Program-made: the position numbers and the translations under genes
NCBI GenBank assembly: GCA_050952625.1
Contig: JBMNLH010000001.1
Location: 576,001 to 640,000, forward strand
Source: Bacillota bacterium
GTDB taxonomy: Bacteria > Bacillota > Ch66 > Ch109
DNA: 64,000 nt
Direction of reading: 5' to 3'
Part shown: positions 30,136-40,401 of the stretch, one piece after another
Position numbering within the stretch: the stretch's first letter is position 1
Layout of the letters: every line of letters begins with the position of its first letter
Notes under the pieces: model-generated
The model's database searches: none
The model's input: the letters and a program-made list of their open reading frames with translations, nothing else
What the model was told of the DNA's origin: nothing

Positions 30136-30328
30136 TCATTTTCAATACTGTATCGTATGAAAAATATTATTCTACGAATAGTTGTCTTTTCCTTCATTCA
30201 TTACTTCACTTGCACCGGATTAAGAGACAGCGGAGAATATAATGAAAGAAATAAGAACACAAAAATAGCATCGTTTCAGGTTATTCACAAATCAATGAGA
30301 ACCAGGGATAATAACTATTAGGGATAAT

Positions 30329-30448
30329 TGAACTCGTTCGGCTTTGCTGAACATCATGACTTCAGACAGAGACTCTGCGCTACTGAAGTTTAAACAAGAT
30401 AACCCTCATTTATAATTTATAGAAGTAGGAGTCTTTTGATTCAGATAA
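30329..30448 (+). mobile_element. MITE-like element, family A
   Basis: Same conserved ends and internal CTTCAG/CTGAAG stem as 24629 and 48705. Confidence 0.6.
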
Positions 30449-30506
30449 AGTTTCTATATGAATATGCGGTTAAGTAACATTAACCCTATATCCACAGAGG
30501 TGCAGC

Positions 30507-31583
30507 ATGCAGATTGATCCTGAAAATAGTGACGTCGCTCAACCAAGTAGGCTGATTACAAGGAGTAATGAACTAAGAAAGATAGGGGAATTCGGTTTAA
30601 TTGCTCAACTGAACCGTTTGTTAGGACATACTGAAGATGAGCTAAAATCCCTAGGAGTGGAATGTGGGATTGGGGACGATGCTGCGGTTTTAAATCTGCC
30701 ATTTGGCGAGCAGATGCTGATCACTAATGACATAATGATTGAAGGCACTCACTTTATCTGGGAAAAGATTCCCCCGGCATCGCTCGGTTATAAGCTGATG
30801 GCCATCAACCTTAGTGACATTGCGGCAATGGGCGGTACTCCTCGATTTGCGGTCGTTTCCCTGGGGATCAATGACCAGCTAACATTAATGGATGCTGAAG
30901 CTATCTATCAAGGCATGCGGGATCTGACTCAATGCTTCCATGTCCTGATTGTTGGTGGGGATACGGTTCGTTCCCCACTTTTGACTCTGGGGCTTACGTT
31001 GATTGGTACGGTACCGGCTGGTAAGGCCGTACTTCGTTCTGGTGCCCAACCGGATGATATTCTCTTGGTTACCGGTTCCCTGGGGAAGTCAGCTGCCGGT
31101 TTGGAACTGATAATCGGAGAGGCGTCCATATCCGGCATAGCCAGGGATCAAGTGTTAAAAGCCCATTACTGTCCCTATCCCCGAGTAATAGAGGGAAAGC
31201 TTCTGGCTGATTTAGGTTGGGTTCATGCGATGATCGATATCAGTGACGGACTGGCCAGCGAGGTTACCCACATCTGTCAGCAAAGTGGAGTTGGGGCTGA
31301 GGTTTGGGAGGAGGCCCTGCCTATTGATGGTGATACCCAAGAAATAGCGGAAAAACTAAGCCGTGATCCTCGCCAATGGGCCCTTTGCGGGGGAGAGGAC
31401 TACGAACTCTTGTTGACTGTGGCGGCGGACCGGGTTGAGGATACTCAAAAAGTCCTAGCCCAGGTGGGGTGCAGTTTAACTCCAATCGGTCGCATTCTTC
31501 CAGCGTCAGCCGGTCTGAGGCTAAAGCGTTCCGGAGGAATGGTGCCGTTGAGTATGGGAGGCTATAATCACTTTTCTCCCTAG
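30507..31583 (+). CDS. thiL: thiamine-monophosphate kinase
   Basis: GEFGLI, GIGDDAAV, NLSDIAAMGG, GGDT, DISDGL and GGEDYELL. Confidence 0.93.
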   Translation: MQIDPENSDVAQPSRLITRSNELRKIGEFGLIAQLNRLLGHTEDELKSLGVECGIGDDAAVLNLPFGEQMLITNDIMIEGTHFIWEKIPPASLGYKLMAINLSDIAAMGGTPRFAVVSLGINDQLTLMDAEAIYQGMRDLTQCFHVLIVGGDTVRSPLLTLGLTLIGTVPAGKAVLRSGAQPDDILLVTGSLGKSAAGLELIIGEASISGIARDQVLKAHYCPYPRVIEGKLLADLGWVHAMIDISDGLASEVTHICQQSGVGAEVWEEALPIDGDTQEIAEKLSRDPRQWALCGGEDYELLLTVAADRVEDTQKVLAQVGCSLTPIGRILPASAGLRLKRSGGMVPLSMGGYNHFSP

Positions 31584-31633
31584 GTGCTCTACACCATACA
31601 CCAATAAAAGGCCTTTTATTTACCCATGACTAT

Positions 31634-31696
31634 CTTACGTCTAACCCCGAACACCTGACGTCTAACACCTGACGTCTAACGCCTAACGCCTTATTT
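31634..31696. repeat. degenerate heptamer tandem repeat (~9 units, CT(A/G)AC(G/A)(T/C))
   Basis: cttacgt ctaaccc cgaacac ctgacgt ctaacac ctgacgt ctaacgc ctaacgc cttattt. Confidence 0.75.
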
Positions 31697-31748
31697 TTCA
31701 CATCTTAGGCTCCATTAACAAAATAGCACTGGAGGTTAGCTAGTTATT

Positions 31749-32591
31749 ATGTATCCTGTTGCCTTAACTATTGCCGGCTCTGATCCCTCGGGGGGAGCAG
31801 GAATCCAGGCTGATCTTAAAACCTTTATGGCTTTTGGTGTGTATGGAGCCAGTGTGATTACGGCCGTAACTGCCCAGAACACCCAAGGAGTCTCGGCGGT
31901 GAACCCGGTTCCCGGAGAATGGGTGCAGGGACAACTGGAGTCAGTTTTGAGCGATCTCTGTCCGAAATCTATTAAACTCGGACTGCTTCCGACCAGAGAG
32001 TGTATTCGAGTAGTAGCCCAGCGGCTGCAGTTCTACCGGCAGCAGTTCTCTAATGCGCCGCTGGTGCTTGATCCAGTTGGCATTTCCAGCAGTGGCCATC
32101 AACTGGCTGAGCCGGGATGTCTAATGATGCTGAAAGAGGAAATCTTGCCGATTACGACGCTGGTTACGCCTAATCTACCGGAATTAGCTGCTTTGACGGG
32201 ATATTGTTTTCAGTCGGAGCGGAATGATCATCAAGCGAATATCGAATCTGCCCGAGTATTACTAAAAACTGGAGTTGGTGCCGTGCTAATTAAAGGAGGG
32301 CACGCCGGTGGGTTATGGGCGACCGACATTTTGGTGTGGGCTGATGGAGTTAAAGAATTCACTAACAAACGAATTATTACCAAGCATGGGCATGGAACTG
32401 GCTGTACCTTATCAGCGGCCATCGCTGCTGGCCTGGCCCAAGGGTGGCTAATGACTGAATCGATAAAAAAAGCCAAGGCCTATTTAAACGGTGCCTTGCA
32501 AAATGCCCTGGAAGTGGGTAAGGGTACTGGCCCGGTTGATCACCAATTCGGCCTTAAATCATGTTGGATTAACCAACATAATAATGGTTAA
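31749..32591 (+). CDS. thiD: hydroxymethylpyrimidine/phosphomethylpyrimidine kinase
   Basis: [35 protein letters not shown] and [10 protein letters not shown]. Confidence 0.93.
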   Translation: MYPVALTIAGSDPSGGAGIQADLKTFMAFGVYGASVITAVTAQNTQGVSAVNPVPGEWVQGQLESVLSDLCPKSIKLGLLPTRECIRVVAQRLQFYRQQFSNAPLVLDPVGISSSGHQLAEPGCLMMLKEEILPITTLVTPNLPELAALTGYCFQSERNDHQANIESARVLLKTGVGAVLIKGGHAGGLWATDILVWADGVKEFTNKRIITKHGHGTGCTLSAAIAAGLAQGWLMTESIKKAKAYLNGALQNALEVGKGTGPVDHQFGLKSCWINQHNNG

Positions 32592-32612
32592 CTTTATTGT
32601 TGAAAAATAGTC

Positions 32613-34043
32613 TTATACTAGTCCCAACATCGGTTTGTTTTGGCAAGTAATCCTTTGCTGGCTTGAAAACCTAACCTGATTGCGTCCGGCATTTTTGGCC
32701 TGGTAAAGAGCTTGGTCAGCCCGCTTGAGAATTTCAAAGGCGTTGTCATTGTCCTTGGCAATCGTGGCTATTCCAATACTAGCAGTTAAGTTTATCGTTT
32801 CAAAATTCTTATTAGCTAATTCAACAGAGTCAAAACCGATAGACTCAATCTCAAAATTTTCAATAATGGCTCTTAGATTGTCAGCTATTACACATGCTTG
32901 ACTTAGTTTGGTTTCCGGAAGGACAATGACAAACTCATCCCCGCCGTAGCGACAGAGAATATCAGAATTCCGAAGTCGGTTACGCATCAATTTGGCTATG
33001 CTCTTTAGACCTAAGTCGCCTACCAGGTGGCCTAGTTTATCGTTAAGCAGTTTGAAGTTATCCAGGTCTAAAATCATGACGCAGAGTGGCCGAGAGTATC
33101 TAAGGGCTTGCTTAATTGCTTGGTCAAGAGCGCTTAAGAGATAGCGATAATTAAATAAACCAGTTAATTCATCAACCTCGGCTTGTTCAGATAATTTCTT
33201 AATTAAAGAAGTGCGTTGATAATAGGTGACTAGCAGGTCATGTAAAACGTCAAGAAAACTGAGCAAATCATCAGTAATTAGTTGTGCTTCCGAAGATTCA
33301 ATGGATACTGCCCAGATTACTTTATTATTATCCACGACTGGGATCCAAATCGAATATAAGTAATCAGACTCTAACACGGGGCCGTAGGGTTGGTGACTTT
33401 TTTCGTATTTATTAAAAATGCCGATTTCTTTATGTTTTAAAAACGGTTTTAACAATCGGCAATTATAGGAAGTAGTTACAACTCGACTGTCAACCAATTT
33501 GAGGATGCATTGTAATTCAGGCAGCACAAACCCGATTTGACAATTAACGAAAAGCGTTTGAAGAGCTTGCGCTACTCTAGTCATGGCTTCTGGGACATCT
33601 AGGTATTCCTTAAGTAGGGTCTGTGATATTTGGGCAATAACCCTTAATTCATGGCTGCGCCGGTCCAGTTCTTCGTTTTCTCGCCGGATTTTTTCTAGAT
33701 TCTGGGCCATTTCGGATATCTCGTGGCTTTTTCTCTCCAAGTATTCTCGGTGGGTTATTCCATAGGCAATCATAACTTCTAATAGGAAATTAAAAGACTG
33801 TAGGAGGAGGCCCGGGTATTTCAAAGGAGAAATTGATTTTAGTGAGTCTTCCACCTGCGAAAGATGGATTTCGACAATCTCATCAGGACCGATCCCGGTC
33901 TGCACCAGATCGCTACTCAATCTAGAAGCCTGATAAAGGCTGTTTTCTGACGGATTCAAGAGGTATTCAGTTAGGATCTTGCCGTAAGTTTTCCGCAGTT
34001 CAGATGACATATGAGTAGCTCCTTCTTCAATGTCGTCAGTCAT
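32613..34043 (-). CDS. diguanylate cyclase with N-terminal RsbU_N-like domain, coiled coil and GAF-like region
   Basis: Y..IL.EYL..PSE.SLYQA......GPDEIVEIH (RsbU_N), DELTGLFN, DLDNFK, RNSD I-site and RYGGDEF. Confidence 0.85.
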   Translation of the reverse strand: MTDDIEEGATHMSSELRKTYGKILTEYLLNPSENSLYQASRLSSDLVQTGIGPDEIVEIHLSQVEDSLKSISPLKYPGLLLQSFNFLLEVMIAYGITHREYLERKSHEISEMAQNLEKIRRENEELDRRSHELRVIAQISQTLLKEYLDVPEAMTRVAQALQTLFVNCQIGFVLPELQCILKLVDSRVVTTSYNCRLLKPFLKHKEIGIFNKYEKSHQPYGPVLESDYLYSIWIPVVDNNKVIWAVSIESSEAQLITDDLLSFLDVLHDLLVTYYQRTSLIKKLSEQAEVDELTGLFNYRYLLSALDQAIKQALRYSRPLCVMILDLDNFKLLNDKLGHLVGDLGLKSIAKLMRNRLRNSDILCRYGGDEFVIVLPETKLSQACVIADNLRAIIENFEIESIGFDSVELANKNFETINLTASIGIATIAKDNDNAFEILKRADQALYQAKNAGRNQVRFSSQQRITCQNKPMLGLV

Positions 34044-34048
34044 TATAA

Positions 34049-34630
34049 CTAATTAATTCTTCTGATAACCAGAACAGTCGCATCATCATCTGGGGTTGCA
34101 TATTTTTCACCAATACCAGTAGATATCTGGGATGGCGAAAAGCTGTAAGAATCAAGTTTAGTGTCTTGCCAATTATTTAGAATTCCGTCAGTCAACATTA
34201 TTAGGCGATCTCCCAGCCTAAAGGGATGGTTTTGCTGAATTAGTTTGGGTAGTCTAAAACCAATTACTCCAGCAGCAGAAATCAAATTAGTGGTGGTCTG
34301 ACTCTGAACCTGGGCCTGGATGTTGCCTACTCCCCAGTAGGTTAAACGATTTTCTAAAAAATCCAGGATAGTCAGACCTAGAACTACTCCCCGGGTTGAC
34401 CGAAGTTGGTTGTGGAGAAACTGAATACAGGAAGCGTCCGGCCATACTTCAAACTGCTGTATTATCTGAACAGCCTGTCTGGAAGCGTAAGCCGCCTCTT
34501 CCCCGTGACCGAGTCCATCCACTAAAACGACTATGGCTCCATTATTCACCTCTTTGATTAAATAGGCATCGCCACAACAGGTTTCTCCGAGTTTTGGTCT
34601 CTGATAGACCGACCAATTCAATCTAGCCAT
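34049..34630 (-). CDS. rsbX: RsbX-like PP2C/SpoIIE phosphatase
   Basis: CGD, VDGLGHG, GVGNI, TDG and DDAT. Confidence 0.8.
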   Translation of the reverse strand: MARLNWSVYQRPKLGETCCGDAYLIKEVNNGAIVVLVDGLGHGEEAAYASRQAVQIIQQFEVWPDASCIQFLHNQLRSTRGVVLGLTILDFLENRLTYWGVGNIQAQVQSQTTTNLISAAGVIGFRLPKLIQQNHPFRLGDRLIMLTDGILNNWQDTKLDSYSFSPSQISTGIGEKYATPDDDATVLVIRRIN

Positions 34631-35022
34631 TTTCTAGCCACCACTTGTGTTCCCATGCCAAGGTTACTCTCAATGTAAAACTCGTCCATCAGCCTTTTTG
34701 TACCCGGTAAACCCATCCCCAGCCCCCGCGCAGAAGAAAATCCATCCGTTAAGGCCCGGTCTAAATTGGCAATACCGGGGCCTTTATCCTCAGCCAGAAT
34801 CTCAATTCCTTGTCTTCCATTTGCCTCAATAATCTGGATGTTGACCCGGCCAGATCCGGCATAAACCAATATGTTTCGGGCTAGTTCGGAGATCCCCGTG
34901 GTGATTCGAGCCTGGTCAGTCAACCCGAACCCTAGTTGGCGAGAAATTTCTCGACCGATTTGGCGTACTTCAACAATATCAACTTCGGAACTAATTGTTA
35001 CGCTGCCCATTTGTTTAGCCAC
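34618..35022 (-). CDS. rsbT: stressosome kinase RsbT
   Basis: DQARITTGISELARNI..YAG.G, D.GPGI and GLGMGLPGTKRLMDEF. Confidence 0.88.
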   Translation of the reverse strand: MAKQMGSVTISSEVDIVEVRQIGREISRQLGFGLTDQARITTGISELARNILVYAGSGRVNIQIIEANGRQGIEILAEDKGPGIANLDRALTDGFSSARGLGMGLPGTKRLMDEFYIESNLGMGTQVVARKWLD

Positions 35023-35395
35023 TCCAACCCCATCCTTTCGGGGCGTTACTTTCCTTTTCCAGGTATTCCAGTCCCGTTTCCAGATTGCGCCGAGTCGGAG
35101 TATCTTTGAAGTAAACCCCTAGTTCGACCATGGTTATTGCGACAGCCGGTTGTATTCCCACTAGGACTACGTTTGTTCCCATTATCTTGGCCATCTGAGC
35201 TGTTTCAGTTAGCGCGCGGCTCATAAAGCTATCAATAATTTCGACAGCCGTTAAATCGATTAACACACCAGTTGCCCCGGTCCGGTCTATCTGTTGTAAA
35301 AGGTTCTGTTGCAGAGAGAGGACTGAACGGTCAGAAAGGTCTACTTGAATAGAAACAATTAAAATGTTTTTTATTTTTAAAATTGGTATTTCCAT
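35015..35395 (-). CDS. rsbS: stressosome STAS protein RsbS
   Basis: IPILKI, IIDSF and VGIQPAVAITMVELG. Confidence 0.88.
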   Translation of the reverse strand: MEIPILKIKNILIVSIQVDLSDRSVLSLQQNLLQQIDRTGATGVLIDLTAVEIIDSFMSRALTETAQMAKIMGTNVVLVGIQPAVAITMVELGVYFKDTPTRRNLETGLEYLEKESNAPKGWGWSG

Positions 35396-35434
35396 TACCC
35401 CGAATTCACCTCCTATCAGAATTAGACTTACGGC

Positions 35435-35857
35435 TTAAATGCTCTGATTGTTGTTAGGAGTGACCCACTTTTTTACAATTATCTTAGTTCCTTGATTAAC
35501 AGCGGAGTGTATCTCAAACTCGTCCGACAAACGGCGGACACTGGGCAGTCCTAGACCGAGCGATCCTTTCGAAGACCAGCCGTTAGTAAGGGCTAATTCA
35601 CAGTTTTCTATACCCGGTCCCTCATCATTGCAGGTAATTTGCAGGCCGGCGGTTTTTTCGTTCTGAATAATATTAAGAGAAATAGTGCCTCCGTTGGCGT
35701 GAATGAGTGTATTGGTGGCTAACTCAACGATGCAAAGGTCAATTATTTGTTGGTCCTTTGACCCAAACCCTAGCTTTTTGGCTAAGCGTCTTGCCTCAGC
35801 CCGGATTGGGGCAACATCACATTCGGTTTGTAAATGCATGATTTTAGTCTGATTCAC
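35435..35857 (-). CDS. second RsbT-like kinase
   Basis: ELATN..HA.GG, DEGPGI and LGLGLPSVRRLSDEF. Confidence 0.8.
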   Translation of the reverse strand: MNQTKIMHLQTECDVAPIRAEARRLAKKLGFGSKDQQIIDLCIVELATNTLIHANGGTISLNIIQNEKTAGLQITCNDEGPGIENCELALTNGWSSKGSLGLGLPSVRRLSDEFEIHSAVNQGTKIIVKKWVTPNNNQSI

Positions 35858-36663
35858 CTTGGACTCTCCACCAAAGACTTGGCTAGAGCAAATCCCTTCT
35901 TGAGGTTTCCAGCCGTTAAAAACTGATTAAACTCTATACCTAGGCGGATTATTGTTTGAGCGATTTCCGGTCTGACCCCGACTAGAATACACTGAGCCCC
36001 TAACAAATTCGCCGCCTGGACCGTTTTGATTAGGTGATTGGCAACTTGGGTGTCAACCACTGGTACCCCCGTTATATCAATAATTACGATATCTACCTGA
36101 TAATCAATAATGCTTTTCAGAACCGCTTCCGTGAATTGGTTGGCCCTTCGGCTATCTACCGTACCAATTAATGGGACAATGATGATTTGATCATCAATCG
36201 GTAATACCGGCGTAGATAGTTCCAAGGCCCGGTGCTGTGAATCAATAATTTGTTTTTGCATTTCCACATAGGTGTTCGCAGCCTTGACCCGACATTTTTC
36301 GAAAAGGTCGGTTAAGGTATTAAAACATTCGAACAGTTGGCTGCTTGAGTCTGCAAATAGTTTAAGGCCTTCTTCAAAGCAGGTCTGACGGATTGTTGAA
36401 AACAGCATTAGCAGTTCATCTAGCACGTACATTTCCTGAGTGCGTCGACCAACCAGATGCTGAATATGACTGTTTATCTTGGAATTGTCACCGCTATTCA
36501 GGTAGGTTACAATTTCATCGTAGATTTGACCAAGGGCTGGTAACAATTCCTCATCTGTTTTGTTCTGGTAATGGAGGGTATCTTCCGTTCTAATTCGGTT
36601 AAACCAGTTCTTGAGCAGTATTTCACGTTGATTAGACAGATGATTAGCCAGGATAGCCTTCAT
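35854..36663 (-). CDS. rsbR: stressosome protein RsbR (globin-like N-domain + STAS)
   Basis: ELSTPV, PLIGTVDSRRA, DITGVPVVDTQVANHL and GVRPEIAQT. Confidence 0.88.
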   Translation of the reverse strand: MKAILANHLSNQREILLKNWFNRIRTEDTLHYQNKTDEELLPALGQIYDEIVTYLNSGDNSKINSHIQHLVGRRTQEMYVLDELLMLFSTIRQTCFEEGLKLFADSSSQLFECFNTLTDLFEKCRVKAANTYVEMQKQIIDSQHRALELSTPVLPIDDQIIIVPLIGTVDSRRANQFTEAVLKSIIDYQVDIVIIDITGVPVVDTQVANHLIKTVQAANLLGAQCILVGVRPEIAQTIIRLGIEFNQFLTAGNLKKGFALAKSLVESPR

Positions 36664-36727
36664 ATTTATGGTCCTCCTAGGAATTGAATTTTACAGCAGT
36701 AGATTTATAGTAGATTAATATAGGAAG

Positions 36728-36754
36728 ATTCGCTGTCTTTTTGTAAATTCCTTC
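36728..36754 (-). promoter_or_regulatory. SigH-like promoter for the stressosome operon
   Basis: Reverse complement GAAGGAATTTACAAAAAGACAGCGAAT (AGGA-N17-GAAT). Confidence 0.5.
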
Positions 36755-36898
36755 TTTATATCGGAAAATTCGACATATTTTTTCCAGCTAATCCGATACT
36801 CATTGCAAAATCATTATTGCCAAATCCAATTGTAATAAAATAGATAAATGATAATCATCATGGTAATATATATTTCAAATTGATAGAGGTGGGTTCTT

Positions 36899-37684
36899 AT
36901 GAGTAGTGAAACTGTTTTATATGAAATCGAAGGATTAGTTGAATGGCTGCAGATTAAAGTCAATGAGGCCAAGGCCCGGGGGTTAGTGGTTGGGGTATCT
37001 GGAGGAATTGATTCGGCAGTGGTGGCAGCTTTGATCTGTAAAGCTTTTCCAAATCAATCATTGGGTTTGATTTTGCCCTGTCATAGTAGTCAGGAAGACG
37101 TAGCAGATGCTCATCTAGTCTGTGATTCGATTGGTATTTTTAAACAGGTGATTAATCTGGACGAGCCTCATCAGATCATCCTAGACAGCGTGGTGACCGG
37201 CTTGGGTGAGGTTGTACCTATAGGAGAAGGACAACAAACACGACGCCTTACGGACGCTAATCTGCGGGCCCGCTTAAGAATGAGCGCCTTGTATGCGGTT
37301 GCTAACTCCTTGAATTATTTGGTGGTTGGAACAGATAATGCAGCTGAAGTTTACACTGGTTATTATACCAAGTATGGCGACGGGGGCGTGGATCTTCTGC
37401 CGCTAAGTCAGTTTGCCAAGCGGGAGGTAAGGGTTTTGGCCAAGGCGTTAAAGATCCCAGAAAAGATCATTATTAAGGCCCCATCCGCCGGTCTATGGTT
37501 AGGACAAACAGATGAAGGGGAAATGGGAGTAACCTACACCGAGATAGATAATTATCTAGAAGGTAAGCCAGTGTCTGAAACAGCGCGGCAGCGGATTGCG
37601 TATCTGCATCAAATCAGTGAACATAAGCGGAATTTGCCACTAGTATATCCGCGGAAACGTTCGATAATAACACGTCAAACGTAA
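36899..37684 (+). CDS. nadE: NH3-dependent NAD+ synthetase
   Basis: VSGGIDSAV, NLRARLRM, GY.TKYGDG, PSAGLW.GQTDE and SEHKR. Confidence 0.93.
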   Translation: MSSETVLYEIEGLVEWLQIKVNEAKARGLVVGVSGGIDSAVVAALICKAFPNQSLGLILPCHSSQEDVADAHLVCDSIGIFKQVINLDEPHQIILDSVVTGLGEVVPIGEGQQTRRLTDANLRARLRMSALYAVANSLNYLVVGTDNAAEVYTGYYTKYGDGGVDLLPLSQFAKREVRVLAKALKIPEKIIIKAPSAGLWLGQTDEGEMGVTYTEIDNYLEGKPVSETARQRIAYLHQISEHKRNLPLVYPRKRSIITRQT

Positions 37685-37745
37685 AACGTTAGACGAAAAA
37701 TTGCCGAAGTACGGCTGAAACAGACCGGCCGGCATGATGCTGACC

Positions 37746-38468
37746 TTAACGTCTGTGACCAAGGTCCGCAATGTATTGGCTTAGATCGTCTAGATTGCCC
37801 TGGGCGGACGGGATGTATCGCGGTTTACCTTGATCAATAAGACAATTAGTCACCAGGAAGGTGTCTATTCCTAGCCTTGAGGCACACATATCCTCTTGCA
37901 TATCGTTACCGATCATCAGACATTCCTCTGGTTGCCGTCCCAGATAATTTAAGATATCCAGAAAATAGTTCAGGTTTGGTTTGCAGAACCTTGAGTTTTC
38001 GTAGGTGGTTACTAGTGCCCAGGGATGATCCGCGATCCCAGCCCAACGCATGCGCTCCTGAGTGGCGACAGCCGGAAAAACCGGATTAGTCGCCAAGACG
38101 ATGCTAAACCCCTGAGTAACAGCTTGGTCGATAATTTGCCTAGCCAGCGGGGTTGGTTGAGTAAAAGAAGACAGGTTTTGGAAATCATTGGTGTAAAAAT
38201 CGTCAAAAATAGGCTCCATAACCTCCCGCGGTTGGGGGACTAAACCGGTAAAATGATTCCAAAAGACGGTCTGGTTGTCCTGTTCCAGACAGTTGCTTGA
38301 GATCATTGCGTTCGTCGCGGACCACAGATGGGCGATGAATTGTCTGGGTTCCAGAAATTTGATAAATTTGGGAGCTAATCGTTTCATGTACTGATCAGCA
38401 AAATAGTGCATATTCATTGGCAATAACGTACCATCCAGGTCAAAAAGCAGGGTGGTAATCTTATTCAT
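37746..38468 (-). CDS. HAD-superfamily hydrolase
   Basis: FDLDGTL, ATNP, KP and MIGND...D. Confidence 0.85.
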   Translation of the reverse strand: MNKITTLLFDLDGTLLPMNMHYFADQYMKRLAPKFIKFLEPRQFIAHLWSATNAMISSNCLEQDNQTVFWNHFTGLVPQPREVMEPIFDDFYTNDFQNLSSFTQPTPLARQIIDQAVTQGFSIVLATNPVFPAVATQERMRWAGIADHPWALVTTYENSRFCKPNLNYFLDILNYLGRQPEECLMIGNDMQEDMCASRLGIDTFLVTNCLIDQGKPRYIPSAQGNLDDLSQYIADLGHRR

Positions 38469-38628
38469 TTGGAGTCACTCCTATAGCAGCTTTGTTTAGC
38501 TAGGTCAGCAGTATTTATCTAGTATACCCGAAAAATTGGTAAAGTCAATTGACTCACGCCCCAATCCATTGCGTGGTATGGGGGGCTGTGCTACAATTAT
38601 TGTCAGAATTCTTGGTTAAGGGGGTAGA

Positions 38629-39393
38629 GTGGTGGCTGGTCATTCCAAGTGGGCTAACATTAAACATAAAAAGGCTAAGGTTGATGCTCAAAGAGGTAAA
38701 CTTTTTACGAAATTAGGTCGCGAACTGATTATGGCCGCTAAAGCCGGCGGGGGCGATCCTAATACTAACCTGCGCTTGAAGATAGCGATCCAAAAGGCCC
38801 GGGAAGCCAATATGCCTGCGGATAATATTCAGCGAGGAATTCAACGCGGAACTGGAGAAATCGAGGGAGCAAACTACGAAGAGATTGTTTATGAGGGCTA
38901 TGCACCCGGCGGAGTAGCGGTAATGATGCAGTTGGCAACCGACAACCGCAACCGAACAGCCTCGGAGATCCGGCATGTTTTTTCTCGCTGCGGCGGTAGT
39001 TTGGGGGAAACCGGTTGTGTGGCCTGGATGTTTGAGCGCAAAGGGCTGCTGGTTCTTGATCCGGACCAACCCCAAAAGGACGAGGATGAACTGATGCTGT
39101 TAGCCTTAGATGCGGGAGCGGAAGACATTCGAACCGAGGGCGATACAACCGAGATTATTACAGCACCGGATGATTTTGAGACGGTTAGAGAAGCTTTAAC
39201 TGAAGCCGGTTTAAAATTTATTGAGGCAGAGATCACAATGCTCCCCCAAAACTTAGTGGAAGTAACCGACGTGGAGCAAGCAGCTCAGGTCCTTAAACTG
39301 GTTAATATGTTAGAAGAGCATGATGATGTGCAGAATGTTTATGCTAATTTTGATATTCCCGAAAGCTTAATGGACCAATTAGAAAGCAATTAG
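38629..39393 (+). CDS. yebC: YebC/PmpR family protein
   Basis: [27 protein letters not shown] and DDVQNVY. Confidence 0.93.
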   Translation: MVAGHSKWANIKHKKAKVDAQRGKLFTKLGRELIMAAKAGGGDPNTNLRLKIAIQKAREANMPADNIQRGIQRGTGEIEGANYEEIVYEGYAPGGVAVMMQLATDNRNRTASEIRHVFSRCGGSLGETGCVAWMFERKGLLVLDPDQPQKDEDELMLLALDAGAEDIRTEGDTTEIITAPDDFETVREALTEAGLKFIEAEITMLPQNLVEVTDVEQAAQVLKLVNMLEEHDDVQNVYANFDIPESLMDQLESN

Positions 39394-39437
39394 TTTGGAC
39401 CGGTTTATAATCAGCCTCCGCTGGAAATAATAACTAC

Positions 39438-40151
39438 TTGAAGAGCAATCTTCAAATCCAGTGTATTTTGAGGTTGATGCTTATGCTTAACCACCGTTTC
39501 CGGTATATTTTGTTTGGTCTTTTAGCAATCGGAATGATCAGTTGTCTAACTGCTGCCATTTGGTTTGGCTGGGTTTCCCGATGGGGAGGTTGGGCTTTTA
39601 AGCCTTCAATGGCGGTGGTTGCTTCCAATTATTTGGATGACTCCAAGGAAAAGAAGAATGCGGTACCATCACCTGGTGGATTGATTGAGCACCTGACTAA
39701 TCCACAGCATAATAATTCTGGGATTATTATTACCCCGGTAACCAAGGTCGTGCGAGAGTGCCGGTATAATTTATGTGGTCATATTGAGGTTGGGGTACCA
39801 ATAAATGATCCGGCCTTGATCGGATTAGGGATTTCTCAGTTAACAGACCTTTATACAGCGCGGGATGGCTGGGAAGTGATTTTGGCAGGACCGGAAAGGG
39901 TAACCCTTCGTTTAACCCTCGAACAGCTATGTCCGCAGTGCGCAGTCAGGCGGCATCTAGGAGTAGTTGACGGTAAGGTAGCCATTTTTTACGGCCCGGC
40001 TGGCCATCGGGGAGGACTCGAAAGATTGACCAACCTGTCACTCTCGGATTTACCGGTAGAGTGGCAGGAACCGATTCGGTTGGGAATGTTGGAATTCGAA
40101 GACGCTGAGTCTTTAGCCCAAGCCTTAGACAATCTAGATGAATATCGCTAG
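39438..40151 (+). CDS. BofC C-terminal-domain membrane protein
   Basis: N-terminal TM, Y..CGH, and HLGVVDGKVAIFYGP..LP...L..G..F......LDNLDE. It sits in the usual bofC position after yebC. Confidence 0.6.
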   Translation: MKSNLQIQCILRLMLMLNHRFRYILFGLLAIGMISCLTAAIWFGWVSRWGGWAFKPSMAVVASNYLDDSKEKKNAVPSPGGLIEHLTNPQHNNSGIIITPVTKVVRECRYNLCGHIEVGVPINDPALIGLGISQLTDLYTARDGWEVILAGPERVTLRLTLEQLCPQCAVRRHLGVVDGKVAIFYGPAGHRGGLERLTNLSLSDLPVEWQEPIRLGMLEFEDAESLAQALDNLDEYR

Positions 40152-40240
40152 ATAAAGATGATGATTACCAGGACGCAACTCCGGCAGTCATTGCTATGAA
40201 TACCATTTATTCGTTTATCGTGGTGCAGGAAACGCACAAT

Positions 40241-40370
40241 AATTCTGAAAAGAGCGAAAAATCTTTTCCACACCGAAAAGTAAGATCCATCCTTCGCTAA
40301 CGCTCAGAATGAAAATGACATATGTTCGCTATTTTCATAAGTAGCTGTGTCCTTGGGGCATGGGTGGTTA
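40241..40370 (+). repeat. degenerate REP-like palindrome + family-B repeat
   Basis: Aligns by eye to 7315-7439 (AATCTTTTCCAC..GTAAGATCC..TCCTTCGCTAACG.TCAG..GCTATTTTCAT..GGTGGTTA). Confidence 0.7.
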
Positions 40371-40401
40371 ATAATGATTTAAAGTCTAGGGGGGCCAGCC
40401 G

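Noticed and set aside
31634-31696. CRISPR array
   Set aside because: The units are 7 bp with no spacers, and there are no cas genes. The family A and B repeats are dispersed, not arrayed.
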